Positions 8,891-16,709 of a stretch of 64,000 nt of DNA are shown piece by piece; the stretch's first letter is position 1, and the number at the start of each line of letters is the position of its first letter. The translations under genes and the position numbers were made by a program. Source of the DNA: a virus; the IMG/VR virus record IMGVR_UViG_3300043446_003513, positions 32,001 through 96,000 of that record. The stretch is one strand, 5' to 3'. The notes under the pieces are model-generated. The model was not told where the DNA came from. It worked only from the letters and a program-made list of their open reading frames with translations, and made no database searches.

Positions 8891-9038
8891 TAGGTCTTCC
8901 AGGGCCTATTCATTATAGGTAAGGTGCCGCTACTAGGTCTATCACCGAGTGGCTAAGTAAGGCAAGCGTTCTTCCTTTCGTTTCGCTAGCAGCCTACCAC
9001 ATTAATCCCCGCAGCTTATGTTGCGGGGATCTTATTTT
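8891..9038 (+). ncRNA. candidate ~150-nt structured sRNA with anti-RBS loop UUCUUCCUUUCGUUU
   Basis: own promoter, several hairpins, intrinsic terminator, no ORF in track; loop 8969-8983 is the reverse complement of the early RBS. Confidence 0.6.
9005..9038 (+). terminator. intrinsic terminator
   Basis: ATCCCCGCAGC-TTAT-GTTGCGGGGAT then CTTATTTT. Confidence 0.75.
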
Positions 9039-9178
9039 GCCCATAAAAAATAGGGTAACAACTTTGTCTTACGGAGTCAAGTTCAATTTTCCCGAAATTT
9101 GTGATAACGATCACACGAAATTGGGTGGACAATTGTCAGTGTCTTGATATATAATTATGCCATAACGAAAGGAAAATT

Positions 9179-9427
9179 ATGGAAGAAGTATATGTTGAAA
9201 GAGTAGAATCTTTAGTTAACTATATAGAGATACACTTAACTAGTTTACAGCAAGACCTAGATAAACTATCTGAGCAAATGGAAAAGTATGATGAGGATTC
9301 TAAGGCTCACCGCTCTATGGATGAAGAGTATCTTTATTTAAGTGGACAGATTACTGCCGCCAGCCATTTATTGTCGGTGGTCAATGATACAATGGTCACC
9401 TGGAAAAGGGAGAAAAATAATGGCTGA
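9179..9427 (+). CDS. hypothetical coiled-coil protein
   Basis: promoter plus AACGAAAGGAA RBS; YLSGQITA motif. Confidence 0.75.
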   Translation: MEEVYVERVESLVNYIEIHLTSLQQDLDKLSEQMEKYDEDSKAHRSMDEEYLYLSGQITAASHLLSVVNDTMVTWKREKNNG

Positions 9428-9659
9428 TGTTTCATTCTTAGAAAATGAAAACCAAATGGTAATTGACGCAGAATTACAAACAATTGCCGAACAACTACTA
9501 GAGGACTGGCTCTATGAAAATTTGAATGAGGGTCAATTTTATGCTGATTGGCGTATTGCTTCTATGTCTGATAGTAATTACTTAAAAGGTAGATTTAATC
9601 AATTCTATAACTTACAGCCTGATAGCGATTATTATATTGAGTGGGATGAGGAGAAGTAA
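9420..9659 (+). CDS. hypothetical acidic protein
   Basis: start refined (MADVSF); own promoter at 9372-9393. Confidence 0.7.
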   Translation: MADVSFLENENQMVIDAELQTIAEQLLEDWLYENLNEGQFYADWRIASMSDSNYLKGRFNQFYNLQPDSDYYIEWDEEK

Positions 9660-9808
9660 TGTTAGGTTATAACTATCAAGATATACAAGATATGGGTGTT
9701 GGATTATCATGGGCTATTGATAATGCCCCCGCTGATATGAAAACTAGTTTATTAGAAATATGGAATTTCTTTGAAGGACTACTAGCAGAAGGGTATGTTG
9801 CAGAATAA
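9659..9808 (+). CDS. small hypothetical protein (49 aa, not in track)
   Basis: TAATG coupling, GAGGAG RBS; MLGYNYQDI... Confidence 0.65.
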   Translation: MLGYNYQDIQDMGVGLSWAIDNAPADMKTSLLEIWNFFEGLLAEGYVAE

Positions 9809-9999
9809 TGGAAGATGAAGAATTATTTACTTTCTTTGCTACTATGTATGATAAGTTTGGTCAATTTGCTGTAATTGACTTTGTTAGGTCCCGCCAAGAA
9901 AATATGCAGTTACAACATATTCATTGGCAAGACTGTAATGGTTGTGACTGGCACACCCCTTATTTAAATACTAATTGTTTGGTTTGTGGAGGATACTAA
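9808..9999 (+). CDS. small zinc-binding hypothetical protein
   Basis: CNGC...CLVC. Confidence 0.65.
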   Translation: MEDEELFTFFATMYDKFGQFAVIDFVRSRQENMQLQHIHWQDCNGCDWHTPYLNTNCLVCGGY

Positions 10000-10277
10000 T
10001 GGGAAGCAATATGGCATATGAGTTAGCAAATTCTGATCTAAGTATGGAAAGGGCTATTGGATATCACTTACAGGGTAATCATTATCCACCCGTCCCGCTC
10101 ACCATGGTCCAACCTTGCCTTGATGCAATTCAAGCATATTGGGAAGATGAAATAGATAGGGAGATTGCAATGCCAGAGGGTGTCTCATATAAAGGTAGAG
10201 ATACCGCACCTGCCTGGGCAATAATCGAACAGCACCACCTTGACGCTTGGATATCTCATGAGGAGGAATATGACTGA
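9999..10277 (+). CDS. hypothetical protein (HLQGNHYPPVP)
   Basis: start refined, GGAGG RBS. Confidence 0.75.
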   Translation: MGSNMAYELANSDLSMERAIGYHLQGNHYPPVPLTMVQPCLDAIQAYWEDEIDREIAMPEGVSYKGRDTAPAWAIIEQHHLDAWISHEEEYD

Positions 10278-10440
10278 GACATTAATAGATCTAGTTGAAC
10301 ACATAGAAGAACAAATTAAGTTATACGAGGATGACCTTGATATGACCACAGAGGAAGATATGGCCTCATTCTACCAGGGCCAACTGGAAGCATATGAGGA
10401 TTGTTTAATTAAATTAAAGTATATCTTGGATATGGACTAA
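10270..10440 (+). CDS. hypothetical acidic protein
   Basis: start refined after GAGGAGG; FYQGQLEA motif. Confidence 0.7.
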   Translation: MTETLIDLVEHIEEQIKLYEDDLDMTTEEDMASFYQGQLEAYEDCLIKLKYILDMD

Positions 10441-10540
10441 GATCTTAAGGGCAAGAAAAATTGCTTACGTATTTATGTCAAAATGCCCTTGACGGGTTTG
10501 CAAATTCAATATATAATATTAATATAGCGAAAGGATAACA

Positions 10541-10813
10541 ATGGAAACTTTAACACTGGACCCCCGTCTTCAACGACAGGTTGAACTTGGGAGCTCTGGC
10601 CTAGATATCATTCATGGCGAGCTGAAGAATCTCATGTTACAAGCAGAAGTACATTTAGAAGCTGCCAGGGAGGTTGAGGAGGAATCTGGCTCTGCAATTG
10701 ATTCCATGGAGCGGACGTACTGGGAGGGACACCTAGACGCCTTGTCAGATATCTACAGTCTCACATATGCATTGGCATTCGAAATTCAAGAAAGGGATTC
10801 TCGTGAAGTATAA
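10541..10813 (+). CDS. hypothetical protein
   Basis: CGAAAGGA RBS; YWEGHLDAL motif. Confidence 0.75.
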   Translation: METLTLDPRLQRQVELGSSGLDIIHGELKNLMLQAEVHLEAAREVEEESGSAIDSMERTYWEGHLDALSDIYSLTYALAFEIQERDSREV

Positions 10814-10982
10814 AGTATACGGTCGTAAGAACCAAGATTTTATAATTACAGTAAATGCTACAAGTCCTGAGGAGGCTGCAAGCATTGCAAATGGAATGTC
10901 TTCACATCTATGGACTGAGATTGAAACGGACGACGTCATCGAAGCAATTGACGTTGTTGACTATGAATTGGGGAATCGATAA
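10803..10982 (+). CDS. hypothetical protein
   Basis: GTG start after GAAAGGG. Confidence 0.6.
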   Translation: MKYKVYGRKNQDFIITVNATSPEEAASIANGMSSHLWTEIETDDVIEAIDVVDYELGNR

Positions 10983-11223
10983 TGGAGACTACTAAGGCCC
11001 ATATCTCAGACGTTTTAAAGAAGGTCCAGTCCCTTATGGACTCAGGATCCCTGCACGAGCTGGATGAGGCCTATAGCCTCATCTCAGATTTAATTAATGA
11101 TATCGAGATGTCCTAATTGGGGGCGGAAAAACCCAGTTACGGAAATAACTAAATATAGGCGGAAAGCTGTTTACAAATCCTTGTAAATGGTATATAATTA
11201 AAAAGATCATGAAAGGATCTAAA

Positions 11224-11367
11224 ATGACAACAAAGCGAGAATATCTAAAGTCCAAGGGAATCACAGTTGGAGCCCGTGGCCGTTTTTCAGGTGCAGCTAA
11301 GCAAGCCATTCAAGAGGCTTTGCAAAAGGGTGTAACCTTCACAGATGAGAAGGCCCCACGCAAGTAA
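11224..11367 (+). CDS. Lsr2-like DNA-binding mini-protein (47 aa, not in track)
   Basis: MTTKREYLKSKGITVGARGRFSGAAKQAI resembles the Lsr2 C-terminal RGR AT-hook domain; GAAAGGA RBS and TATAAT upstream. Confidence 0.7.
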   Translation: MTTKREYLKSKGITVGARGRFSGAAKQAIQEALQKGVTFTDEKAPRK

Positions 11368-11449
11368 CCTGAACTAATACGGAGGGATGGTTGAGGAGAC
11401 TTGCCATCCCTCCTTTCATTTGGTAGAATTGAACATTTGAGAGGCGGAC

Positions 11450-11728
11450 ATGAAGAAAAAGATACCTGAGGCAAAAGTAGTAGAGGCTCTAGCAAGCCTA
11501 TTAGATAATTACTGGTTCAACCCCAAGATATTCGCAAATCTAATTGTTAACGAATATCCACTATATACCCAAGATAAACTAACTGAGTTAATTGTAGAGA
11601 TAGTAAGATATCAGAAGCAACGCTTCTCACACGAGTTGGAGCACGGTGAGACGTCTTCGGGACTGCTCTTCTCCGAGTACATTGGGTCCATTATCGAAGC
11701 AAATGAGGGCAGCAATGGCCAGGGCTGA
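11450..11728 (+). CDS. hypothetical protein
   Basis: GAGGCGG RBS, TGGTAGAAT upstream. Confidence 0.7.
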   Translation: MKKKIPEAKVVEALASLLDNYWFNPKIFANLIVNEYPLYTQDKLTELIVEIVRYQKQRFSHELEHGETSSGLLFSEYIGSIIEANEGSNGQG

Positions 11729-11909
11729 ATTCGATAGCTTAGGAAGAAGCAATCGGCTCAAAAGAGGCAAGCGGGCCCAGGATAAAGACTATGCATGGCA
11801 AATGACTAAGAAGATAATTGATCGGCGGAAGGCCGATAAACAAAAAGAAATAGATCTCTATAATGAACTTTGTGGTCCAGTAACTATAACATATATAGAT
11901 AAGAACTAA
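11715..11909 (+). CDS. hypothetical basic protein
   Basis: start refined (MARAEF). Confidence 0.6.
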   Translation: MARAEFDSLGRSNRLKRGKRAQDKDYAWQMTKKIIDRRKADKQKEIDLYNELCGPVTITYIDKN

Positions 11910-11927
11910 TTAGATATATCTTCCCCT

Positions 11928-11960
11928 TATGCCCAAGTTTTATTGCTTGGGCATATTTTT
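11928..11960 (+). terminator. intrinsic terminator ending the + strand array
   Basis: TATGCCCAAG...CTTGGGCATA followed by TTTTT. Confidence 0.75.
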
Positions 11961-12038
11961 ATGGGCAAAATCAAGGGCCAAATGTCTGCTTTACGACATA
12001 TGATCAAAAATCCCAGAAATTTACATATAAATCTATCA

Positions 12039-12251
12039 ATATGTCGACAAATCTATATAGAATTATACCAATTTAGATCTAAATCTGCTAAAATTTAGTC
12101 AAAATATGGGCCATTTTTCTCGTTTACGAGGGCATATAAAATGTCCCTGAACGGTACAAATTGGACATATATGGACAAAGTGGAGCAAAATGGTATTAAG
12201 TGGGGCATTATGGGGTGGCTCAATTACTCATATATAAATTTGTCGATATAT
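12039..12251. repeat. 21-bp inverted repeat (12039-12059 / 12231-12251, 19/21 match) flanking ~10-bp phased GG boxes
   Basis: ATATGTCGACAAATCTATATA vs TATATAAATTTGTCGATATAT; TGG at 12162, 12172, 12181, 12191, 12201, 12211. Confidence 0.7.
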
Positions 12252-12297
12252 CTCTAGTAATTAGACCAATATCTATAGTCATTTAGATCATAGGATA

Positions 12298-12573
12298 CTA
12301 GTCAGAATAGCCTTTAAAGGGCTTATAAGGCCATTTAAGAGGGCGGGAGAATCTCTTGATAGTGTTCTCTTTTGGCTCATTTGATGAATTTTTATCAAGG
12401 CTATTAAGCCTTCTAATGGCATCAGTATAGCCTTTGAGAACAGTCTCGTAATTGGCATTTAATTTCTCGTATTTGGAATATATCATAATATACTGTCCTA
12501 CGATATATATAAAGGCTATTGTAGTTATTATAGATACTACTTGGTAGATTACCATTGAGCTTCCCCGTCCCAT
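12298..12573 (-). CDS. hypothetical membrane protein
   Basis: N-terminal hydrophobic helix; true start may be a few codons in. Confidence 0.55.
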   Translation of the reverse strand: MGRGSSMVIYQVVSIITTIAFIYIVGQYIMIYSKYEKLNANYETVLKGYTDAIRRLNSLDKNSSNEPKENTIKRFSRPLKWPYKPFKGYSD

Positions 12574-12740
12574 TCTGCCAGAATTTCCATGGCTTTTATG
12601 AGGCTAGTTTCTGGGATGTCATTAAATAGGATACGGTTCTTTTCTGTATGCCTAGTCCAGCCCCGCCATCCCTGCCTATCCTGCCACATTTTACTGGCAG
12701 TATTATGACGATCCAAAAGATGATTATTTATTGTATCCAT
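12549..12740 (-). CDS. hypothetical protein
   Basis: GGAG RBS, operon packing. Confidence 0.55.
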   Translation of the reverse strand: MDTINNHLLDRHNTASKMWQDRQGWRGWTRHTEKNRILFNDIPETSLIKAMEILAEWDGEAQW

Positions 12741-12879
12741 TTATCTCCATCCCAATTCTTTTTAGCCCATTCTGCAACGAAGTCTGCCGAATCTACGCAT
12801 GGTCTACATAGCCAAAGCATCTTATCTCCGTCCTGGTAAGCGTAGCTTCCCTTTCGGAGGCATGTGTCGCATCTAGTCA

Positions 12880-13077
12880 TCATAAAATTTCCTTCTCTCG
12901 CGTCGCACTTTTCGCACTTTCTGTCGAATTGTGATCTAATTTAACTATATGGTAATTATTTTTCTCTAATATATACATAATGAATTTAGCCATCTGTCTA
13001 GGCTCGTCTGGAAGCCCATATTGATATTGATGATATAAGCCTTCCTGTAATATATAGAATGGAGTATCTTTATTCAC
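12880..13077 (-). CDS. hypothetical protein
   Basis: operon packing. Confidence 0.55.
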   Translation of the reverse strand: MNKDTPFYILQEGLYHQYQYGLPDEPRQMAKFIMYILEKNNYHIVKLDHNSTESAKSATREKEIL

Positions 13078-13268
13078 TTTACATCCTTCATAATAAAAGC
13101 CGCTGCTTCATCGTAGCCAGCCTCTACTAACATATCCGCCACTGTTTCCCTTTCAAGCTTACGAGCCTTTGTACAGCCGCTGCAAGGGCATTTCCAGGAC
13201 GTCTTCCTGTAGGTTATTTGATCCCTGGGTGGTCTTAAATGATCCGTCTCTGCCGCTTCTAAATCCAT
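13074..13268 (-). CDS. small Cys-containing protein
   Basis: CPCSGC; GGAGGCGG RBS. Confidence 0.6.
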   Translation of the reverse strand: MDLEAAETDHLRPPRDQITYRKTSWKCPCSGCTKARKLERETVADMLVEAGYDEAAAFIMKDVK

Positions 13269-13309
13269 TTCCGCCTCCGTGTAAAGTATATAATATTAAA
13301 ATATTCTAG

Positions 13310-13498
13310 TCAACCACATTTAGGACATTGATATTTACTATGAACACATGATGGAAGTTTACGATAAATACTAAAATCATTTAACCAAGATATAATTACT
13401 GTGGTAGTAGTATTGCATTGATTAGCTATTTCTTCTACTGATCTTTTTTGATTAACATATTGTTCTATTAACCATTTTTTGTCTGTAAATTTCGCCAA
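13310..13498 (-). CDS. small HTH DNA-binding protein
   Basis: WLIEQYVNQKRSVEEIANQC; paralog of 35727..35873. Confidence 0.65.
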   Translation of the reverse strand: MAKFTDKKWLIEQYVNQKRSVEEIANQCNTTTTVIISWLNDFSIYRKLPSCVHSKYQCPKCG

Positions 13499-13577
13499 GG
13501 GCTTTCCTCCGCCTCATCAATATAGTCATCCATATTTTTGGTGTGATCGATAGTACAATTTCCACATGCCCTACACA

Positions 13578-14135
13578 TCATGGCATAAAATATCCAGGAT
13601 GAGGAAATATATAATCCATATAGGCATATCTAGTTCCAGATAAAACCTCCTGAGTATAATGATTTGTTTCTGGTAAGTAATCAAATATTAATAAATCATT
13701 GTGTTCTGGCTTATATTTAAAGTTTAAGTTAGGAAATACTATTTCCCCTCCAGTAAAATCTCCTAAATACCAAGCTATTTTATAATCTATGAAGCTATTT
13801 GATTCATGTTTTGAAATTTCAGACTTTTGACCAGTTCTCAATCTTATAAAATTAATATGCTGATAGGTCCAATGTGTTGGTGCCAACATGTCTATTAATG
13901 GATCATGAACATCTTGATAACTTATTATATCAACCCCACATTTATCTTCCCAATAGGTTCCTTGTATATCGCCAGACTCATAGTTTTCATGTTCGTACCA
14001 AACACTTTCTGGGTGGGAATTCAATATAGATATATATTTGTCAGCTATCGACAAATCAAAAAAGTTTTTATATAAATATACATGATCATTTAATTTAATT
14101 ATTTTTTGATCTGTCAATAGCCGTGGAGTATTCAT
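13578..14135 (-). CDS. 2OG-Fe(II) oxygenase, prolyl-4-hydroxylase-like (degenerate HxD)
   Basis: YLGDFTGGEIVFP, H...V.SGTRY; start refined. Confidence 0.75.
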   Translation of the reverse strand: MNTPRLLTDQKIIKLNDHVYLYKNFFDLSIADKYISILNSHPESVWYEHENYESGDIQGTYWEDKCGVDIISYQDVHDPLIDMLAPTHWTYQHINFIRLRTGQKSEISKHESNSFIDYKIAWYLGDFTGGEIVFPNLNFKYKPEHNDLLIFDYLPETNHYTQEVLSGTRYAYMDYIFPHPGYFMP

Positions 14136-14136
14136 T

Positions 14137-14646
14137 TTAAGCCGATAAGATTTTTGAAATTGCATTTATTGTTGATGCAATTCTTCCAATATCTCTAAGT
14201 TGTTCCGTAGAGTATCCTTCTTGCTTTAAAGTGTCATAATGAGCTTTCACACAAAAATGGCACTTTCCAATTATTGATGCTACTAATGAGTAGGCTTCAA
14301 ACTTGCCCTTGGTAGTTCCGCCATGACTTGAAATAGCATTCATTCTTAATTGAGCTGGAAGACCTTTTAAGTCTTTATCTCCCGCCATCTCAATATACGG
14401 GTACCAAATATTATTTTGAGCCATTAATGATGCAGCAGTAAGAGCGGCATCTCTTTCAGTAACATTATCAGCGCTTGCTAAAATAAAAGTTAAAAGCTTA
14501 CTGTTTCCTGTAGCAAATGCAGCAGAAATAGATAAATACTTTGCTTCTTCTGGATCAATAGAAGATCTATTAATAACTGCATCTAGATTTAACTTAATAT
14601 CTTTAGCGTAATCAGGAATAGACTCTTTTAGTTGATCAACCCACAT
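14137..14646 (-). CDS. ahpD: alkyl hydroperoxidase AhpD
   Basis: PDYAKDIKLNL, LMAQNNIWY, CHFCVKAH; downstream of ahpC. Confidence 0.9.
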   Translation of the reverse strand: MWVDQLKESIPDYAKDIKLNLDAVINRSSIDPEEAKYLSISAAFATGNSKLLTFILASADNVTERDAALTAASLMAQNNIWYPYIEMAGDKDLKGLPAQLRMNAISSHGGTTKGKFEAYSLVASIIGKCHFCVKAHYDTLKQEGYSTEQLRDIGRIASTINAISKILSA

Positions 14647-15181
14647 TTAATGTGTCTCCACCCAAAGGTCTGTTGCATGCACAAAGTTCTCCAGTTTGCA
14701 AGGCGTCCAAAACTCTCAAAGCTTCGTCTGCATTGCGACCAACGTCTAGATTATTGCAAGTAACATGTTGAATAATATTATCTGGATCTACAATAAATGT
14801 TGCACGATATGTAACTCCAGATGAATGGTGAACGCCTAAATCATTTGCTAATTGGTGCGCCGTATCTGCAAATGACCAAGAATTTGTTTTTCTTAGATCT
14901 TCATGAGCATTTCTCCAGGCCACCTTACAAAATTCATTATCGACAGAACCAGTCATTAATACTGCATCACGGTCGTTAAAATCATTGACTAACTTATCAT
15001 ATGCAACAATTTCTGTTGGACATACAAAAGTAAAGTCTTTTGGATAAAAAACAATTATTTTCCATTTTCCAGGAAATGAATCTTGTGTAATAGTTTCGAA
15101 AGTTGAATCGTCATAAGTTAAAGCTCCTGGCTTAACACCAGTAACAGCAAAATCTCCTAATTTGCTTCCAACAGTTTTCAT
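14636..15181 (-). CDS. ahpC: peroxiredoxin AhpC (actinobacterial three-Cys type)
   Basis: FYPKDFTFVCPTEI and GELCACN. Confidence 0.93.
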   Translation of the reverse strand: MKTVGSKLGDFAVTGVKPGALTYDDSTFETITQDSFPGKWKIIVFYPKDFTFVCPTEIVAYDKLVNDFNDRDAVLMTGSVDNEFCKVAWRNAHEDLRKTNSWSFADTAHQLANDLGVHHSSGVTYRATFIVDPDNIIQHVTCNNLDVGRNADEALRVLDALQTGELCACNRPLGGDTLNVG

Positions 15182-15231
15182 TTTTCTCCTTTGTGTAGGG
15201 TTTTAGTATACAAAATGTTTTTGTATCTGTC

Positions 15232-15264
15232 AAAAAAAATAATAGCTCGCATAAGCGAGCTATT
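15232..15264 (-). terminator. intrinsic terminator
   Basis: AATAGCTCGC/GCGAGCTATT hairpin with T-run on the - strand. Confidence 0.7.
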
Positions 15265-15279
15265 ACTATAATGTTATTT

Positions 15280-15483
15280 TTATACTTTTCTGCGACCAGT
15301 CTTTTTTGGTTTAATTCCGCCAACGGGCCTTTCTCTACGAATGCCATGTCGGTTTCTATCTACAACTAATCCTTGTTTTGGATATTTTCTTGTAGCCTGT
15401 TCGCTTGTTACAGCTCCTGCTGGAGCTGAATTTGGTGGCGGAACCATTCCAGTTCCATCATCCTTTTTAAAATTTTCAGACAT
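15280..15483 (-). CDS. hypothetical basic protein
   Basis: GAGGA RBS. Confidence 0.6.
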   Translation of the reverse strand: MSENFKKDDGTGMVPPPNSAPAGAVTSEQATRKYPKQGLVVDRNRHGIRRERPVGGIKPKKTGRRKV

Positions 15484-15486
15484 TAA

Positions 15487-15660
15487 TTAATCCTCTTCTG
15501 CATTTAAAGGATTTTCTAATTCTGACTCATTTTCCATTTCAGAAATTTCAAGATTCAATCCCTGATATGCTGCATTTGATCCAAGAGGGTTCATTGAGTC
15601 AGTAGAAAACATTCCACCAGAACGAATAACTTGAGGCTCTCCATTAATATTTTGTATCAT
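15487..15660 (-). CDS. small hypothetical protein (57 aa, not in track)
   Basis: GGAGGA RBS; MIQNINGEPQ... Confidence 0.55.
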   Translation of the reverse strand: MIQNINGEPQVIRSGGMFSTDSMNPLGSNAAYQGLNLEISEMENESELENPLNAEED

Positions 15661-15759
15661 TACATGTCCTCCTTTTTTGATTCGAGTGACATTGTCTTAG
15701 CATCTTTTAATGGTACACCCATAAAATCTTCGCTGTCACAACCACACATAGCGCACATA

Positions 15760-15963
15760 TTAGTTTCCTGCGCCGAAGTTACGAGTCTCTTCTACAGAGT
15801 GGACCATTTTGTTTGTTAATCCAGCTTCTCCCTGTGAAGACTTGTCTTGTGCTGCTGGGAATGATCCTGTCGCTGGAGAATAGTCTCCCGACGCATTAAT
15901 ACCATTTGTTCCTGCTGCACGACGATTTGCTGTAAAACCGTCCATGTTAATTCCGTTTGTCAT
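15760..15963 (-). CDS. hypothetical low-complexity protein
   Basis: AGGAGA RBS, TGCTATAAT upstream. Confidence 0.65.
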   Translation of the reverse strand: MTNGINMDGFTANRRAAGTNGINASGDYSPATGSFPAAQDKSSQGEAGLTNKMVHSVEETRNFGAGN

Positions 15964-16031
15964 TATATCTCCTATAGGTTATATTTAAGCGGGTCTAGAA
16001 GTCCGCTCATCAGTCTATTATAGCATTTAAA

Positions 16032-16709
16032 TCAACTAAAAGTACTTAGTTGGCCTAGGTCGTTTAAAGTAATTGGTCTCTCTTTTGGGTAAGAATTTGG
16101 TGGGGTATTTTTACCAGAACCAGGGGTGTCAGTTAAGAATATAACAACATTGTGTCTTTCCCCACTAATTATCTCAAAAACCTCGTGAGGAACTGATTTG
16201 TTCCCCTCAAAAAATATTAAGGTGCCTTCTTCTGGCTTCAATATTAAATTTTGTAAAGGAAAGGATATCTCTCCGCCAGAGTATTCGTTTGGATTATTTA
16301 AATACAAAAGAGCAGATTTATCATTTTCAAAACCAGGCCGTCCTTTAAAGCTTTCAGTAGTTGAGTCTAAATAATAATTATCCATGTGTAATTTATTTTT
16401 AGATCCTGGCACCATTTTGTTGTAATGTATATTTCTTACAAAATATCTTGATCCATATTTATCTGAAATTGTCTTTGCAATACATGTGGCAAGCATGGTA
16501 ACTAAATCTATTGCAATGTTGTAATTGCTATCAATTGTATATTCTGAAATTGGATTTCCGAGTTTTAAGTGATCTTCTGTTTGATTTTTTGAAAACCCGC
16601 CAAATACACCTGGATCTGGTGTTTCAACAGTATTTGGTCCAATTGTTTTGTATAAAAATTTTGCAGTATCTGAAGAAATATAACTTTTAATTATATTTAT
16701 TTCTTGCAT
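16032..16709 (-). CDS. 2OG-Fe(II) oxygenase, prolyl-4-hydroxylase-like
   Basis: HMD...LYLN...GGEISFP...HEV...GER. Confidence 0.85.
   Translation of the reverse strand: MQEINIIKSYISSDTAKFLYKTIGPNTVETPDPGVFGGFSKNQTEDHLKLGNPISEYTIDSNYNIAIDLVTMLATCIAKTISDKYGSRYFVRNIHYNKMVPGSKNKLHMDNYYLDSTTESFKGRPGFENDKSALLYLNNPNEYSGGEISFPLQNLILKPEEGTLIFFEGNKSVPHEVFEIISGERHNVVIFLTDTPGSGKNTPPNSYPKERPITLNDLGQLSTFS

Noticed and set aside
838-12147. Early intergenic repeats as a CRISPR array or IS ends
   Set aside because: Degenerate, separated by whole genes at irregular distances, and no transposase.
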